Shown here: in pieces, positions 19,942 to 28,374 of the stretch | Position numbering within the stretch: position 1 is the stretch's first letter | How the letters are laid out: every line of letters starts with the position of its first letter | Assembly: GCA_963701965.1 (NCBI GenBank) | Contig: OY969695.1 | Coordinates: 1,920,001-1,984,000 of the forward strand | DNA: 64,000 nucleotides | Source: an uncultured Gemmatimonadales bacterium | GTDB lineage: Bacteria > Gemmatimonadota > Gemmatimonadetes > Gemmatimonadales > Gemmatimonadaceae | Reading direction: 5' to 3' | The notes under the pieces: generated by a model | Told to the model about the DNA's origin: nothing | Databases searched by the model: none | The model's input: only the letters and a program-made list of their open reading frames with translations | Translations under genes and position numbers: made by a program

Positions 19942-21349
19942 TCGGGCCGCACGCCAGCCCGGATCGCACGTGGTGCCCCGAGAGTGGCGCGACAAACCGA
20001 TCGGCGGTCGCGGCCCCGGCGCGCGACAGATCACTCAAATCATACAGTTCAGCGAATGCGTTGTTTGAGGTGATAGTCCACTGCAAGCGGCCGGTGGCGT
20101 TGAGGTACCGAACGAGCAACGAGTCCTCTTGCACACCAGCCCCATCGAACGCGTGCGCGACGACGATCCACACGCGCGGCCGTCCACGGAGTGCATCCAG
20201 CTCGCGGAGATAGCCGCGCCAGTCGCCGCGGTGGCAACCGCCGCGCACGACGCCGACGGTATCGGCGCGCGCATAGTAGCTAAACGTCGGAACTGCAGCG
20301 TAGTACACGTAGATGGCGTCGCCGTCGCTCCGCCGCGATGCCATGCCCGCCGCGATGGCCCGGACGTCCTCGCGCCCGGTTGGCAGCAGAACCTCCACGC
20401 TCTGGGCCGCCAGGCACGCGAGCCCCACGAGGAACCCCCACCGACGGGCGGAAAGCCCCGCGACCCCGAGGAGTACCAGGGGCACGAGATACAACAGCAG
20501 CCGCGACGCGAGGGGATACAGACCGCACACGGCCGCGGCGACGGCGACAACGACGGGCGCCAGCGCGAGGGTCCAGTCTCGACGCGCCACCCACATCCCC
20601 ACGGCGGCGACGACGAGCCACACGATCCCCGGTGGCATCCGGAGCAGCTCGTCGAGCCCGCGAACCGGAGCGAACATCGGCCAGAAGCCGACGAGATAGG
20701 CGCGCGTGGCTCCGCTCACGCGCGACTCGGCGAGCCACACGGCCGGGACCGCGCTCGCGGCCCAGAGGAGCACCGCGCGCGGCGCGCGCCACACGAGGGC
20801 CAATCCGCCGAGCACCAGTACGACGGGATAGGAGAACCACACGCACGCCGCGCCGACGACGCCAGCGACGAACTCGCGACGCGCACCGCCAGCGATCGCC
20901 CAGTAGACGAGAACAATCATCGCCACCGCGAGGGCGACGTCCGTGGAGTATGGCTTGGCCTCGGCCGAGTAGTAGACCAACGCGCGATTGACAGCGAAGA
21001 GCCAGACCGCGAGGGCCACGGCGCGATGGTCGGCGAACAGCCGCCGGGCCAGGAGGGCAAACAGTGGGACGGCCGCGATGCCGGCCAGCAATGGGACGAC
21101 CCGTAGGGCGAGCTCGCTCCGGCCAAACGCCGCGACCGCGAGCCGTTGGGCAGCGATGAACCCGACCGGCGCCACCTGCCCGTACGGGAGCGGCCGGCCC
21201 GAGGGGCTGAGGACGCCCAGCGAGAGCATCGCTTCGTCGAGCCAGAGCGGGTGATTGAACAGCCAACCGCCGAGGCGCAGCGCGATGCCCACCGCGATCC
21301 CCAGGGGAACGGCGGCGCGCCGCGACAACGGTCGTATCCAGAGGGTCAA
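19937..21349 (-). CDS. GT-C (family 39/ArnT-like) membrane glycosyltransferase
   Basis: PLWLDEAML acidic loop, FGRSELALR, YYSAEAKPYS, many TMs; TTG start at 21349 inferred. Confidence 0.78.
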   Translation of the reverse strand: MTLWIRPLSRRAAVPLGIAVGIALRLGGWLFNHPLWLDEAMLSLGVLSPSGRPLPYGQVAPVGFIAAQRLAVAAFGRSELALRVVPLLAGIAAVPLFALLARRLFADHRAVALAVWLFAVNRALVYYSAEAKPYSTDVALAVAMIVLVYWAIAGGARREFVAGVVGAACVWFSYPVVLVLGGLALVWRAPRAVLLWAASAVPAVWLAESRVSGATRAYLVGFWPMFAPVRGLDELLRMPPGIVWLVVAAVGMWVARRDWTLALAPVVVAVAAAVCGLYPLASRLLLYLVPLVLLGVAGLSARRWGFLVGLACLAAQSVEVLLPTGREDVRAIAAGMASRRSDGDAIYVYYAAVPTFSYYARADTVGVVRGGCHRGDWRGYLRELDALRGRPRVWIVVAHAFDGAGVQEDSLLVRYLNATGRLQWTITSNNAFAELYDLSDLSRAGAATADRFVAPLSGHHVRSGLACGPM

Positions 21350-21366
21350 GCGCCGCGACGCAGCAG

Positions 21367-21999
21367 TCAGGGATGCTGATCGAGTTGCACTGGGGGCGCC
21401 ATGAGGGTGACCGCGCCCCCGGTGATAGTAAAGACCGTGGCGCCGTTGACGACGACGCGGACACGTGAGAGGGCCGGCGCGATGTCGATGTCGTAGCCGC
21501 CGCCGGCCGACGCGCTTTCCACCGCGATGCCCCACGGCTGGACGGTGTACCGGGCGTCGGTCCCGCCAGCCGCCGACACACGGAGCATCGCGCCGGCGCG
21601 ATGGACGCGGATCTCCCCCACCGGCCCGGCGGAGTGGAACTCGACGCGTGCTTCGCGCGCGGTCGGGAAACCATCGATTGGTAGCGCCACGGACGCCGGA
21701 TGCGAGTGTGTCGCTATGGGCCGGGCGATCGGGACGGGCCGCGCCGAGGCGACCAGCGCGACCACGGCGCGGCCAAAGCGGGTCGACGGCACTGCCGCCG
21801 CCAGCGCCGCGGCCCCTACCGTGCCGAGCCCGACGGCCAACCATTGTCTCCGTCGCCGGGCGCCGGCATGCCGTGCCGCGCGAGCGCGGGCTGCGGCTAT
21901 GACCCGCTCGGCCGGCATCGGCGGGGTCTCGTGATCCACCGCGCGGAGCAGCGTTTCCACGGAATCCTCGTCCCGATCGCGCCAGTCGTCAGCGCGCAT
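21367..21999 (-). CDS. Putative membrane-anchored anti-sigma factor
   Basis: Short cytoplasmic helical N-terminus, RRRRQW followed by one TM, then an extracytoplasmic beta-rich domain; directly downstream of and overlapping the ECF sigma gene. Confidence 0.6.
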   Translation of the reverse strand: MRADDWRDRDEDSVETLLRAVDHETPPMPAERVIAAARARAARHAGARRRRQWLAVGLGTVGAAALAAAVPSTRFGRAVVALVASARPVPIARPIATHSHPASVALPIDGFPTAREARVEFHSAGPVGEIRVHRAGAMLRVSAAGGTDARYTVQPWGIAVESASAGGGYDIDIAPALSRVRVVVNGATVFTITGGAVTLMAPPVQLDQHP

Positions 22000-22558
22000 G
22001 GGCGACCCCGACGGCGGCACGGAACGCTGCCCGCGCCCGGGCAAGAAGAGTCCCGACGCTGGTCTCTTCCAGTCCCAACGCGGCGGCCAGCTCGCGATAG
22101 CTCAAGCCCTCTTCCCGGAGCAGCACCAACCGCCGATCCCGCGCGCTCATCCGATCGAGCGCCCGGCGCACATCGACGCCGATGTCTTCGCTGAGCAGAC
22201 GCTGGTCGGGCTCGGGGGCCGGATCCCCCATGGTATGCTCGGGCGCCCGGCGCCCCACGAGCCGCGCGCGGCGCGTGCTCTTCCGGTGCTCGTCGCGCAC
22301 GAGATTGTTCGCGACCGTCGCCAACCAGGCACGCACATCCTCCGGCAGACTCCCCCGCTCGTACAGGCGGATGAAGGTCTCCTGGGCCACATCGGACGCG
22401 AGCGCGGCGTCCCCGGTGCACCGGTCGACGTACCGGAACACCCAGGCAAACTCGCGCGAGAACTCGCGCCGAAACCACGCGTCGAACGACAACAGCCTCT
22501 CTGGTGGGGAACGCCCGCCGCTGGCGCTTGTGACAGGCGCGCGCACCGGCTCCGTCAC
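21989..22558 (-). CDS. ECF RNA polymerase sigma factor
   Basis: Region 2 ASDVAQETFIRL...AWLATVANNLVRD; region 4 LSYRELAAALGLEETSVGTLLARAR; GTG start overlaps the receptor stop. Confidence 0.9.
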   Translation of the reverse strand: MTEPVRAPVTSASGGRSPPERLLSFDAWFRREFSREFAWVFRYVDRCTGDAALASDVAQETFIRLYERGSLPEDVRAWLATVANNLVRDEHRKSTRRARLVGRRAPEHTMGDPAPEPDQRLLSEDIGVDVRRALDRMSARDRRLVLLREEGLSYRELAAALGLEETSVGTLLARARAAFRAAVGVAHAR

Positions 22559-24780
22559 AGGGACCACCCCAGGCTGGCGACAACGGCGCGGGCGGGAAGC
22601 AGGAGCGGCTGGAGCGCCGCGCCGTCGCCCGGCACGACCATCGCGCCGGCAGGGTTGGGATGATTGAGCACGTCCGTCACGCGCACGCGCGCCGTGAGCT
22701 CGGCGCCAAAGCCAAAGAGGCGCGGCCGAAAGCGCTCCGTCACTCCGAGATCCAGCCGCTCGTAGGCGGGCAGTCGTTCTCCGTCCAAGGTCCCGACGAT
22801 CCGATCCGGCGTGCCTTCCAGGTCGCCCGCGCCGCCGAGCGGCGCGACCGACGTCCATTGGATGTCGTTCGCCAGGATGCTCGTCGGTCGCGGACTGGCG
22901 AACCACAGGGCGGCGTCGAGCGTCGTGCCGCGCCACACCCGGTAGGCGATGCCGGTCGTCGCCGAGCGGGGAGTCTCGAAGGACGGCGTGTATCGCACGC
23001 CCCCGGCTTCCCGGTCGGCTCCGCTCAGGGCGTAGGCAATCTGCGCCCGCAACCGGTCGCCCCACCGGTACTCCAGGTGTCCGACCACGCCCGATGCCGT
23101 GCCGGTCCCACGATCGAACGTCGTGGCGAATGGCAGGGCGGTGACGGGCGCCACCAGCGCCAGCCCGTCCATGCGCCGCGCGTAGCCGTCGACCACGAAG
23201 GTGAGCCGCGAGCCGATATGGTGCTCGACCGACGCCGTGAGTTGATCCGCCCGGGCCACGGGAACGCCGCCGCGGCTGGCGGCCATCGGCAACGACAGCG
23301 GGACCACGGCATCGAGGACCGATTCCCCATTGGCCAACGATTGCACGACCTGCGCCGTGCGCGCGGCTCCGAGGGCCAGCGTCGTCGATGACGTGAGCGC
23401 GTAGCGGAGCGACACGCGCGGCTCGAGTGTCGCCGCCACGCCGGGCACGACCTCGGCACGGGTGCCGGCCGTCACGTTGAGGCGGTGCCACAGTGTCCAT
23501 CGGCCTTCGATAAAGGTCGCCAGCGTTACCGGCGCCGCCGCCAGGACGAGCACCGGCGCGTCGGGGCTCGCCACGCGGTACGCCGTGGCCGACCGATCCA
23601 CACTGGCGCCGAGCGTCCAGGCGCCGTCCTGCACCTCGCCCGAGGCGCCGAGGTCGTGCAACGCATTCTCGAGCGCCACGCCGGACCATCCGATGCGGGT
23701 GGTCGCCTCGGCGCTCCACGCCCGCATCGTCACCCGCGCCGCTCCAATGCCGGCCCGCCAGATGAGGCCCGTGCTGGCGGCGCCCCAGCGAAAGGCGTTG
23801 CTCGGCCCGGTTTCGGGCACGCCGACACTGTCCGTGTTGGCGTCGAAGCGCACATGGTCGCGCGTCCCGAACGCCAACATCTCGAGGGTCCCCAGCGGCA
23901 GCGCGACCGTAAGCTTGCCGACCGCATCGCCGAATCCCCGCGCGTTGTCGCCGTCATCGATGTCGCGGAACATGAGCGCCCCGGTGCTCTGGCGTAGCTC
24001 GCCCACGAACGTCGCCCCACCCCCTGGCAACGACGCGGCGACGGACTCCCGGATCGCGTTCATGTCCAGCGCCCCCTGCGTCGCGACCGAACCCTCGGGG
24101 ACCTGGCGGCTCTCCATGAGGACGGTCGCGGCCAGTGCGCCGCCGTACCGCGCGGGGGGCACGCCGGCTTCCACCGTCACCCCTTCCACGAACTCCGCGG
24201 GCACGGCACTGAGCACGCCGTTGGCGTGGTACGGCGCATACACCGGGACGCCGTCGAGGAGCACCAGCGTCTCGTCGGCGTCTCCGCCGCGGACGTGGAG
24301 CGCCGTGCCGACATCGGGCAGCGCGGCCACATCACCCGACGCCGCGGTGACGCCCAGGGGATCGGGGGTCACGCCGAATGGCGAATGCTCGATGTCGGCT
24401 ATCGAATAGGATCGGGCGCCGACGTCGCGCATCGCGCTGCCCCCGGTTACGACGTCGCCATCGCGGCCGGTCACGACGATGGCTGGCAGATGCCGCGGCT
24501 GCGGCACCAATGCGACATCGAGCGCCAGCGAGGACGCCGATCCTCTGGCGACATCGACATCCGCCACTTCATACCCGGGTGCCGAGACGTGCAGATGACA
24601 CGGGTCGCAGGGGAGCTGCGACAGGGTGTACACGCCGTGGGCGTCCGACACCGTCGACACGCGGGTGCCGGCGACCTCGACCGTAGCCCCGACAACCGGC
24701 AGGCTGGCATCGGCACGCCACACGACGCCGTGTACGGACCACCCGAGGAGGGCCGGGACGAAGAGTTGGCCGAGAATCAC
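22555..24780 (-). CDS. TonB-dependent receptor with N-terminal carboxypeptidase-regulatory-like domain
   Basis: VVGATVEV...SDAHGVYTL; plug LHVRGGDADETLVLLDGVPVY; PARYGGAL; barrel LEPRVSLRY; C-terminal ASLGWSL. Confidence 0.85.
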   Translation of the reverse strand: MILGQLFVPALLGWSVHGVVWRADASLPVVGATVEVAGTRVSTVSDAHGVYTLSQLPCDPCHLHVSAPGYEVADVDVARGSASSLALDVALVPQPRHLPAIVVTGRDGDVVTGGSAMRDVGARSYSIADIEHSPFGVTPDPLGVTAASGDVAALPDVGTALHVRGGDADETLVLLDGVPVYAPYHANGVLSAVPAEFVEGVTVEAGVPPARYGGALAATVLMESRQVPEGSVATQGALDMNAIRESVAASLPGGGATFVGELRQSTGALMFRDIDDGDNARGFGDAVGKLTVALPLGTLEMLAFGTRDHVRFDANTDSVGVPETGPSNAFRWGAASTGLIWRAGIGAARVTMRAWSAEATTRIGWSGVALENALHDLGASGEVQDGAWTLGASVDRSATAYRVASPDAPVLVLAAAPVTLATFIEGRWTLWHRLNVTAGTRAEVVPGVAATLEPRVSLRYALTSSTTLALGAARTAQVVQSLANGESVLDAVVPLSLPMAASRGGVPVARADQLTASVEHHIGSRLTFVVDGYARRMDGLALVAPVTALPFATTFDRGTGTASGVVGHLEYRWGDRLRAQIAYALSGADREAGGVRYTPSFETPRSATTGIAYRVWRGTTLDAALWFASPRPTSILANDIQWTSVAPLGGAGDLEGTPDRIVGTLDGERLPAYERLDLGVTERFRPRLFGFGAELTARVRVTDVLNHPNPAGAMVVPGDGAALQPLLLPARAVVASLGWSL

Positions 24781-24870
24781 CGTGTCATTTTCCCGCGTCC
24801 AGACGCGTTCCCCCCTGATGAGGCGGCATCATAGCGGGTTATCCTGACTCCTGCATTACACGCGCGACAC

Positions 24871-25566
24871 GTGTCACGCTCGTCAGCCAATGGCGTCCGC
24901 AGCCGTATCCTGATCGCGCACTCCGATCCGGCGGTCATCGCGGATATCGCCTTTCACCTGGCGCAGGCCGGGTATGGCGTCTCCACAGCCGTTTCGGGAC
25001 CTGATGCGATCGAACAGGGATCGCGCGAATCGCCCGCCCTGGTACTCCTGGGGACGGCGCTGGCCGACCTGTCAGGGTACGCCACGCTGCGGCGACTCCG
25101 CCGGCACCCGGTCAGCCGCGGTATTCCGGTCATCGTGTTGGGCACCGGCGGAGAGCAGTCCGACGCCGAGCGGGCGTTCGCGCACGGCGCCGACGACTTC
25201 TTTCCCCTCGAACCGTTCCGGGGCCGGGAGCTGGTGTTTCGGGTGCGCGCCATTCTGCGGCGTGTGCGCGCGCCGGCCACGACATCGGAGAGCAAAGTGT
25301 TGGAGATCGGGACCTTTCGACTGGACTATCCGACCCGTCGGGCGAGCATCGACGGCCGGGAAGTGGATCTCACGCCCGTGGAGACGGCGCTGCTGCTGCA
25401 GCTCGCCGAGAGCGCGACTGTCGTCAAGCCGACGCGCGAACAGCGCCGCCGCATGAAGATCGCGGTGTCCCGCTTGCGGGCGAAGCTGGGACCGGGATGC
25501 GATATCATCGAGACCGTGCGCGGCTCGGGCTACCGACTCCGAATTCCGCCGGCGACGACGGGTTAG
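24871..25566 (+). CDS. OmpR/PhoB-family response regulator, atypical (no phospho-acceptor Asp)
   Basis: REC fold (GADDF, RELVFRVRAILRR) and winged helix (LTPVE, SRLRAKLG, IETVRGSGYRL); the acidic pocket reads HSD / LLG. Confidence 0.82.
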   Translation: MSRSSANGVRSRILIAHSDPAVIADIAFHLAQAGYGVSTAVSGPDAIEQGSRESPALVLLGTALADLSGYATLRRLRRHPVSRGIPVIVLGTGGEQSDAERAFAHGADDFFPLEPFRGRELVFRVRAILRRVRAPATTSESKVLEIGTFRLDYPTRRASIDGREVDLTPVETALLLQLAESATVVKPTREQRRRMKIAVSRLRAKLGPGCDIIETVRGSGYRLRIPPATTG

Positions 25567-25628
25567 GTTCCGCTCGCCGGACACCACCACATCCGTAGAT
25601 CCACCCCATCCCTCGCACGGAGTATCGC

Positions 25629-26642
25629 ATGCCATTTGCTCGGGCGCTCGTCGCGCCGCTGCTCGCGCTCGGCCTCGTTGCTGGACCTGGCTATCACGTC
25701 CTCACGACCCATCAGATCGGCGGTCCGGGCGGGTGGGACTACGTGGCCTTCGACTCGGTCGGGCACCGGCTCTTTGTCGCGCGCCAGACGCGGGTCCAGG
25801 TACTCGATCCGGAGACCGGCGCGGTGCTCGGCGAAGTGCCCGGGCTGGGTGGGGCGCACGGAGTGGCGTTCGCCTATGAGTTCGGCCATGGCTTCGCGAC
25901 GTCGGGACGCGACAGCACGATCACCATGTTCGACCTGAAAACGCTCAAGGTCCTCGGCAAGGCGAAAGCCGCGCTCGACGCCGACGCGATCTTGTTCGAC
26001 CCGGCGACTAAGCGGGTCTTTTCGTTCAACGGCGATTCCAAGAGCTCGACGGCGGTGGACGCGAAGACGGGTGCCGTAGTCGGAACCGTCGATCTCGGGT
26101 CCGGGCCGGAGTTCGGCGTCTCGGCGGGCAACGGCAAGTTGTACGTGAACCTGGAGGACGAAGGCCAGATCGCCGAGATCGACGCCTCGGCGCTCAAAGT
26201 CACGCGGCGCTGGCCAATGGGCACGTGCAAATCAGCGACCGGGTTGGCGATCGATCGCGCGCATCATCGGCTGTTCAGCGGATGCCGGAGCAAGGTGATG
26301 ACCGTGTCGGACTATGAGGCCGGCAAGCTGGTGGCCACTCTGCCGATCGGGGCGGGAGTCGACGCGGCGGCGTTCGATCCGGGCACGGGGTACGCGTTCA
26401 GCTCCAACGGCAATGGCACCCTGACCGTGGTGCACGAGGACAGCCCGGACAAGTTCAGCGTGGCCGAGACGGTGCAGACGATGCAAGGGGCGCGGACGAT
26501 GGCGCTCGATGCGAAGACCCACAAGGTCTATCTGGTCACGGCCAAGTTCGGACCGCCGCCGGCGGAGTCGACGGCCGCGAATCCGCGCCGCCGCCCGGAA
26601 ATGATCCCGGACAGCTTCACGTTGCTCGTTCTCGGGATGTAG
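25629..26642 (+). CDS. YncE/YVTN-type beta-propeller exported protein
   Basis: Signal peptide; GGWDYVAFD, repeated beta-propeller blades, GARTMALD; RBS GGAG. Confidence 0.85.
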   Translation: MPFARALVAPLLALGLVAGPGYHVLTTHQIGGPGGWDYVAFDSVGHRLFVARQTRVQVLDPETGAVLGEVPGLGGAHGVAFAYEFGHGFATSGRDSTITMFDLKTLKVLGKAKAALDADAILFDPATKRVFSFNGDSKSSTAVDAKTGAVVGTVDLGSGPEFGVSAGNGKLYVNLEDEGQIAEIDASALKVTRRWPMGTCKSATGLAIDRAHHRLFSGCRSKVMTVSDYEAGKLVATLPIGAGVDAAAFDPGTGYAFSSNGNGTLTVVHEDSPDKFSVAETVQTMQGARTMALDAKTHKVYLVTAKFGPPPAESTAANPRRRPEMIPDSFTLLVLGM

Positions 26643-26646
26643 TCAA

Positions 26647-26694
26647 GAAAGAAAGGGGGGCGAGCCGGTGTTCGGGCTCACCCCCCTTTCTTTC
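26647..26694. terminator. Bidirectional intrinsic terminator
   Basis: GAAAGAAAGGGGGG-c-GAGCC...GGCTC-a-CCCCCCTTTCTTTC hairpin between convergent genes. Confidence 0.85.
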
Positions 26695-26707
26695 GTACTT
26701 CCGCGGG

Positions 26708-28210
26708 TTACCGGTGGTGCCCGCCCCCGCCACCACCGCTGCTCACGTGACCACCACCGCTCACGTGTCCGCCACTGACATGGCCGCCGCCACTCACGCG
26801 GGCGCCGCCGCCAGCGCCGCGCGGCGCCACGGCACCGCCACCGCCCCGGACCTGCCCGGCACCACCGCCAACGCGATCATACCTGGGCTGCGCTGACGAC
26901 GGACCGGCCTCGACGCGGTGTCCAACCGGCATCGGCGCGCGGGCACCGGCACCGTAGCCCGGCGAGGCGGGCATACCGCGCATCTCTCCACCGCCACGCA
27001 TCTCGCCACCACCCCGCATCTGGCTCGCCGCCACATCACCACCCATTGTCGGCACGCGCGATCCGACGGCCCGGTTGCCGACCGTCGCCGGCTCGTTGTT
27101 CCGGTAGATCATGCGCCCCGTGTTGGGCGTCGCGCCGCGCACGCCGACGGACTGCGGGAAGACGGTCCGGGAGCCGACCGGCGTCCCAATCGACCGGCCA
27201 AACCCGCCGCCGACCGGCCGCCCAGCCGCCGCGAATCCGGCGCGCCGATAACCGACCACGCTGCCACCGGCGATGCTGCGTCCCCCGAACACCGAGGCCC
27301 GACCCGCCGCGAACGCGCGGCCACGGAACCCGACCGCGGGCCCCACGCCAAACCCGGGCTTGTGGGCAAAGAACCCAGGCCCGCGGACGAAGCCGGCAGG
27401 GAAAAAGCCGCCGCAACCGAAGCACCCGCCAAACCCGAAGCCAAACCCGACGCCGAAGAACGGGCCCGGCGCGAACGCGCCATACGCGAACGGTGAGTAG
27501 TACCACGGCGAGTACGGGTAGAACCACGGATCGTAGTACCCGCCGTAATACCAGGGCGACGGGCCATAGGCCGCAACGACCACCGGCGGATACGGATCGA
27601 CGATCGGGTCATACGGATAGGCGCCATCCGCCGCCACGTATTCCTGCGGGCGGTGGAACGGCGGCGCGACGCGATACGTCGCGATGTCGTAGTCGAAATG
27701 CGCGCCGGTCGCCATCTGCTGGACCAGATCGGTCATGACCGCCTCTTCGTGGCCGGTCACGCCGCTATCGGGAAATGACTCCGGATCCCAACCGTCGCCG
27801 CGCATGAAGTTGTCGAACTTGAACGGCTCCTGCGAATACGCCACGTAGACGGTGCCGCTGCCGTGCGTGTCCGCGACCTCGAACGCCTCGTGGTCATCGC
27901 GCGACCGGACTTCGAACTTCGACCCGCCGGACACATGACTGTCCTGCATGGGGTCGACCGGATACAACGGCCGGACGTGGCCATCCGGTGTGGCGTGAAG
28001 CACGACGACGAACCCGTCGTCGCGCACCTTCACGAACACCCGCGCATGGTCGCCGCGGTCGTACACGTTGTTGCTGTTCAGCGTCACGCGCACGACCGGC
28101 TCACCAGGCCCAGTGTTCGTGGACCCTGACCCGTATGGCGACGAGTCCTGCGCCGGTGCGACGCCCGCCCCAACCGCCAAAAGAACCAACGCGCTACGCA
28201 TCACTCTCAT
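26708..28210 (-). CDS. Exported DUF4384-like protein with long Tyr/Pro-, Gly/Phe- and RGG-rich low-complexity tail
   Basis: Signal peptide; VYDRGDHARVFV...DGFVVVL...DGHVRPLYP (DUF4384-like); RBS GGAGG. Confidence 0.75.
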   Translation of the reverse strand: MRVMRSALVLLAVGAGVAPAQDSSPYGSGSTNTGPGEPVVRVTLNSNNVYDRGDHARVFVKVRDDGFVVVLHATPDGHVRPLYPVDPMQDSHVSGGSKFEVRSRDDHEAFEVADTHGSGTVYVAYSQEPFKFDNFMRGDGWDPESFPDSGVTGHEEAVMTDLVQQMATGAHFDYDIATYRVAPPFHRPQEYVAADGAYPYDPIVDPYPPVVVAAYGPSPWYYGGYYDPWFYPYSPWYYSPFAYGAFAPGPFFGVGFGFGFGGCFGCGGFFPAGFVRGPGFFAHKPGFGVGPAVGFRGRAFAAGRASVFGGRSIAGGSVVGYRRAGFAAAGRPVGGGFGRSIGTPVGSRTVFPQSVGVRGATPNTGRMIYRNNEPATVGNRAVGSRVPTMGGDVAASQMRGGGEMRGGGEMRGMPASPGYGAGARAPMPVGHRVEAGPSSAQPRYDRVGGGAGQVRGGGGAVAPRGAGGGARVSGGGHVSGGHVSGGGHVSSGGGGGGHHR

Positions 28211-28241
28211 AGATCCTCCGGACCTCTCGACACCTTCAGAG

Positions 28242-28257
28242 AGCGAGGAACGTGCCA
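28242..28257 (-). promoter_or_regulatory. Sigma54-type promoter with adjacent IHF-like site
   Basis: Minus strand TGGCACG-TTCC-TCGCT; CAA-N4-TT(A/G) IHF-like elements at ~28262-28288. Confidence 0.6.
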
Positions 28258-28374
28258 CGAGCTAAAACGTTGACTGACAATGACTTGACTTATCTGTTGG
28301 CTCGTCCGTCTGTCCATGATTACGGACGAGGGTGTCATCGACGTTGGAAATCGTGCTCGTCCAGCAATTATACC

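Noticed and set aside
24811..24856. Possible fluoride riboswitch (…TGACTCCTGC)
   Set aside because: Only the 3' fragment resembles the consensus; the 5' GGCGATGG stem is absent and no fluoride-related gene follows.
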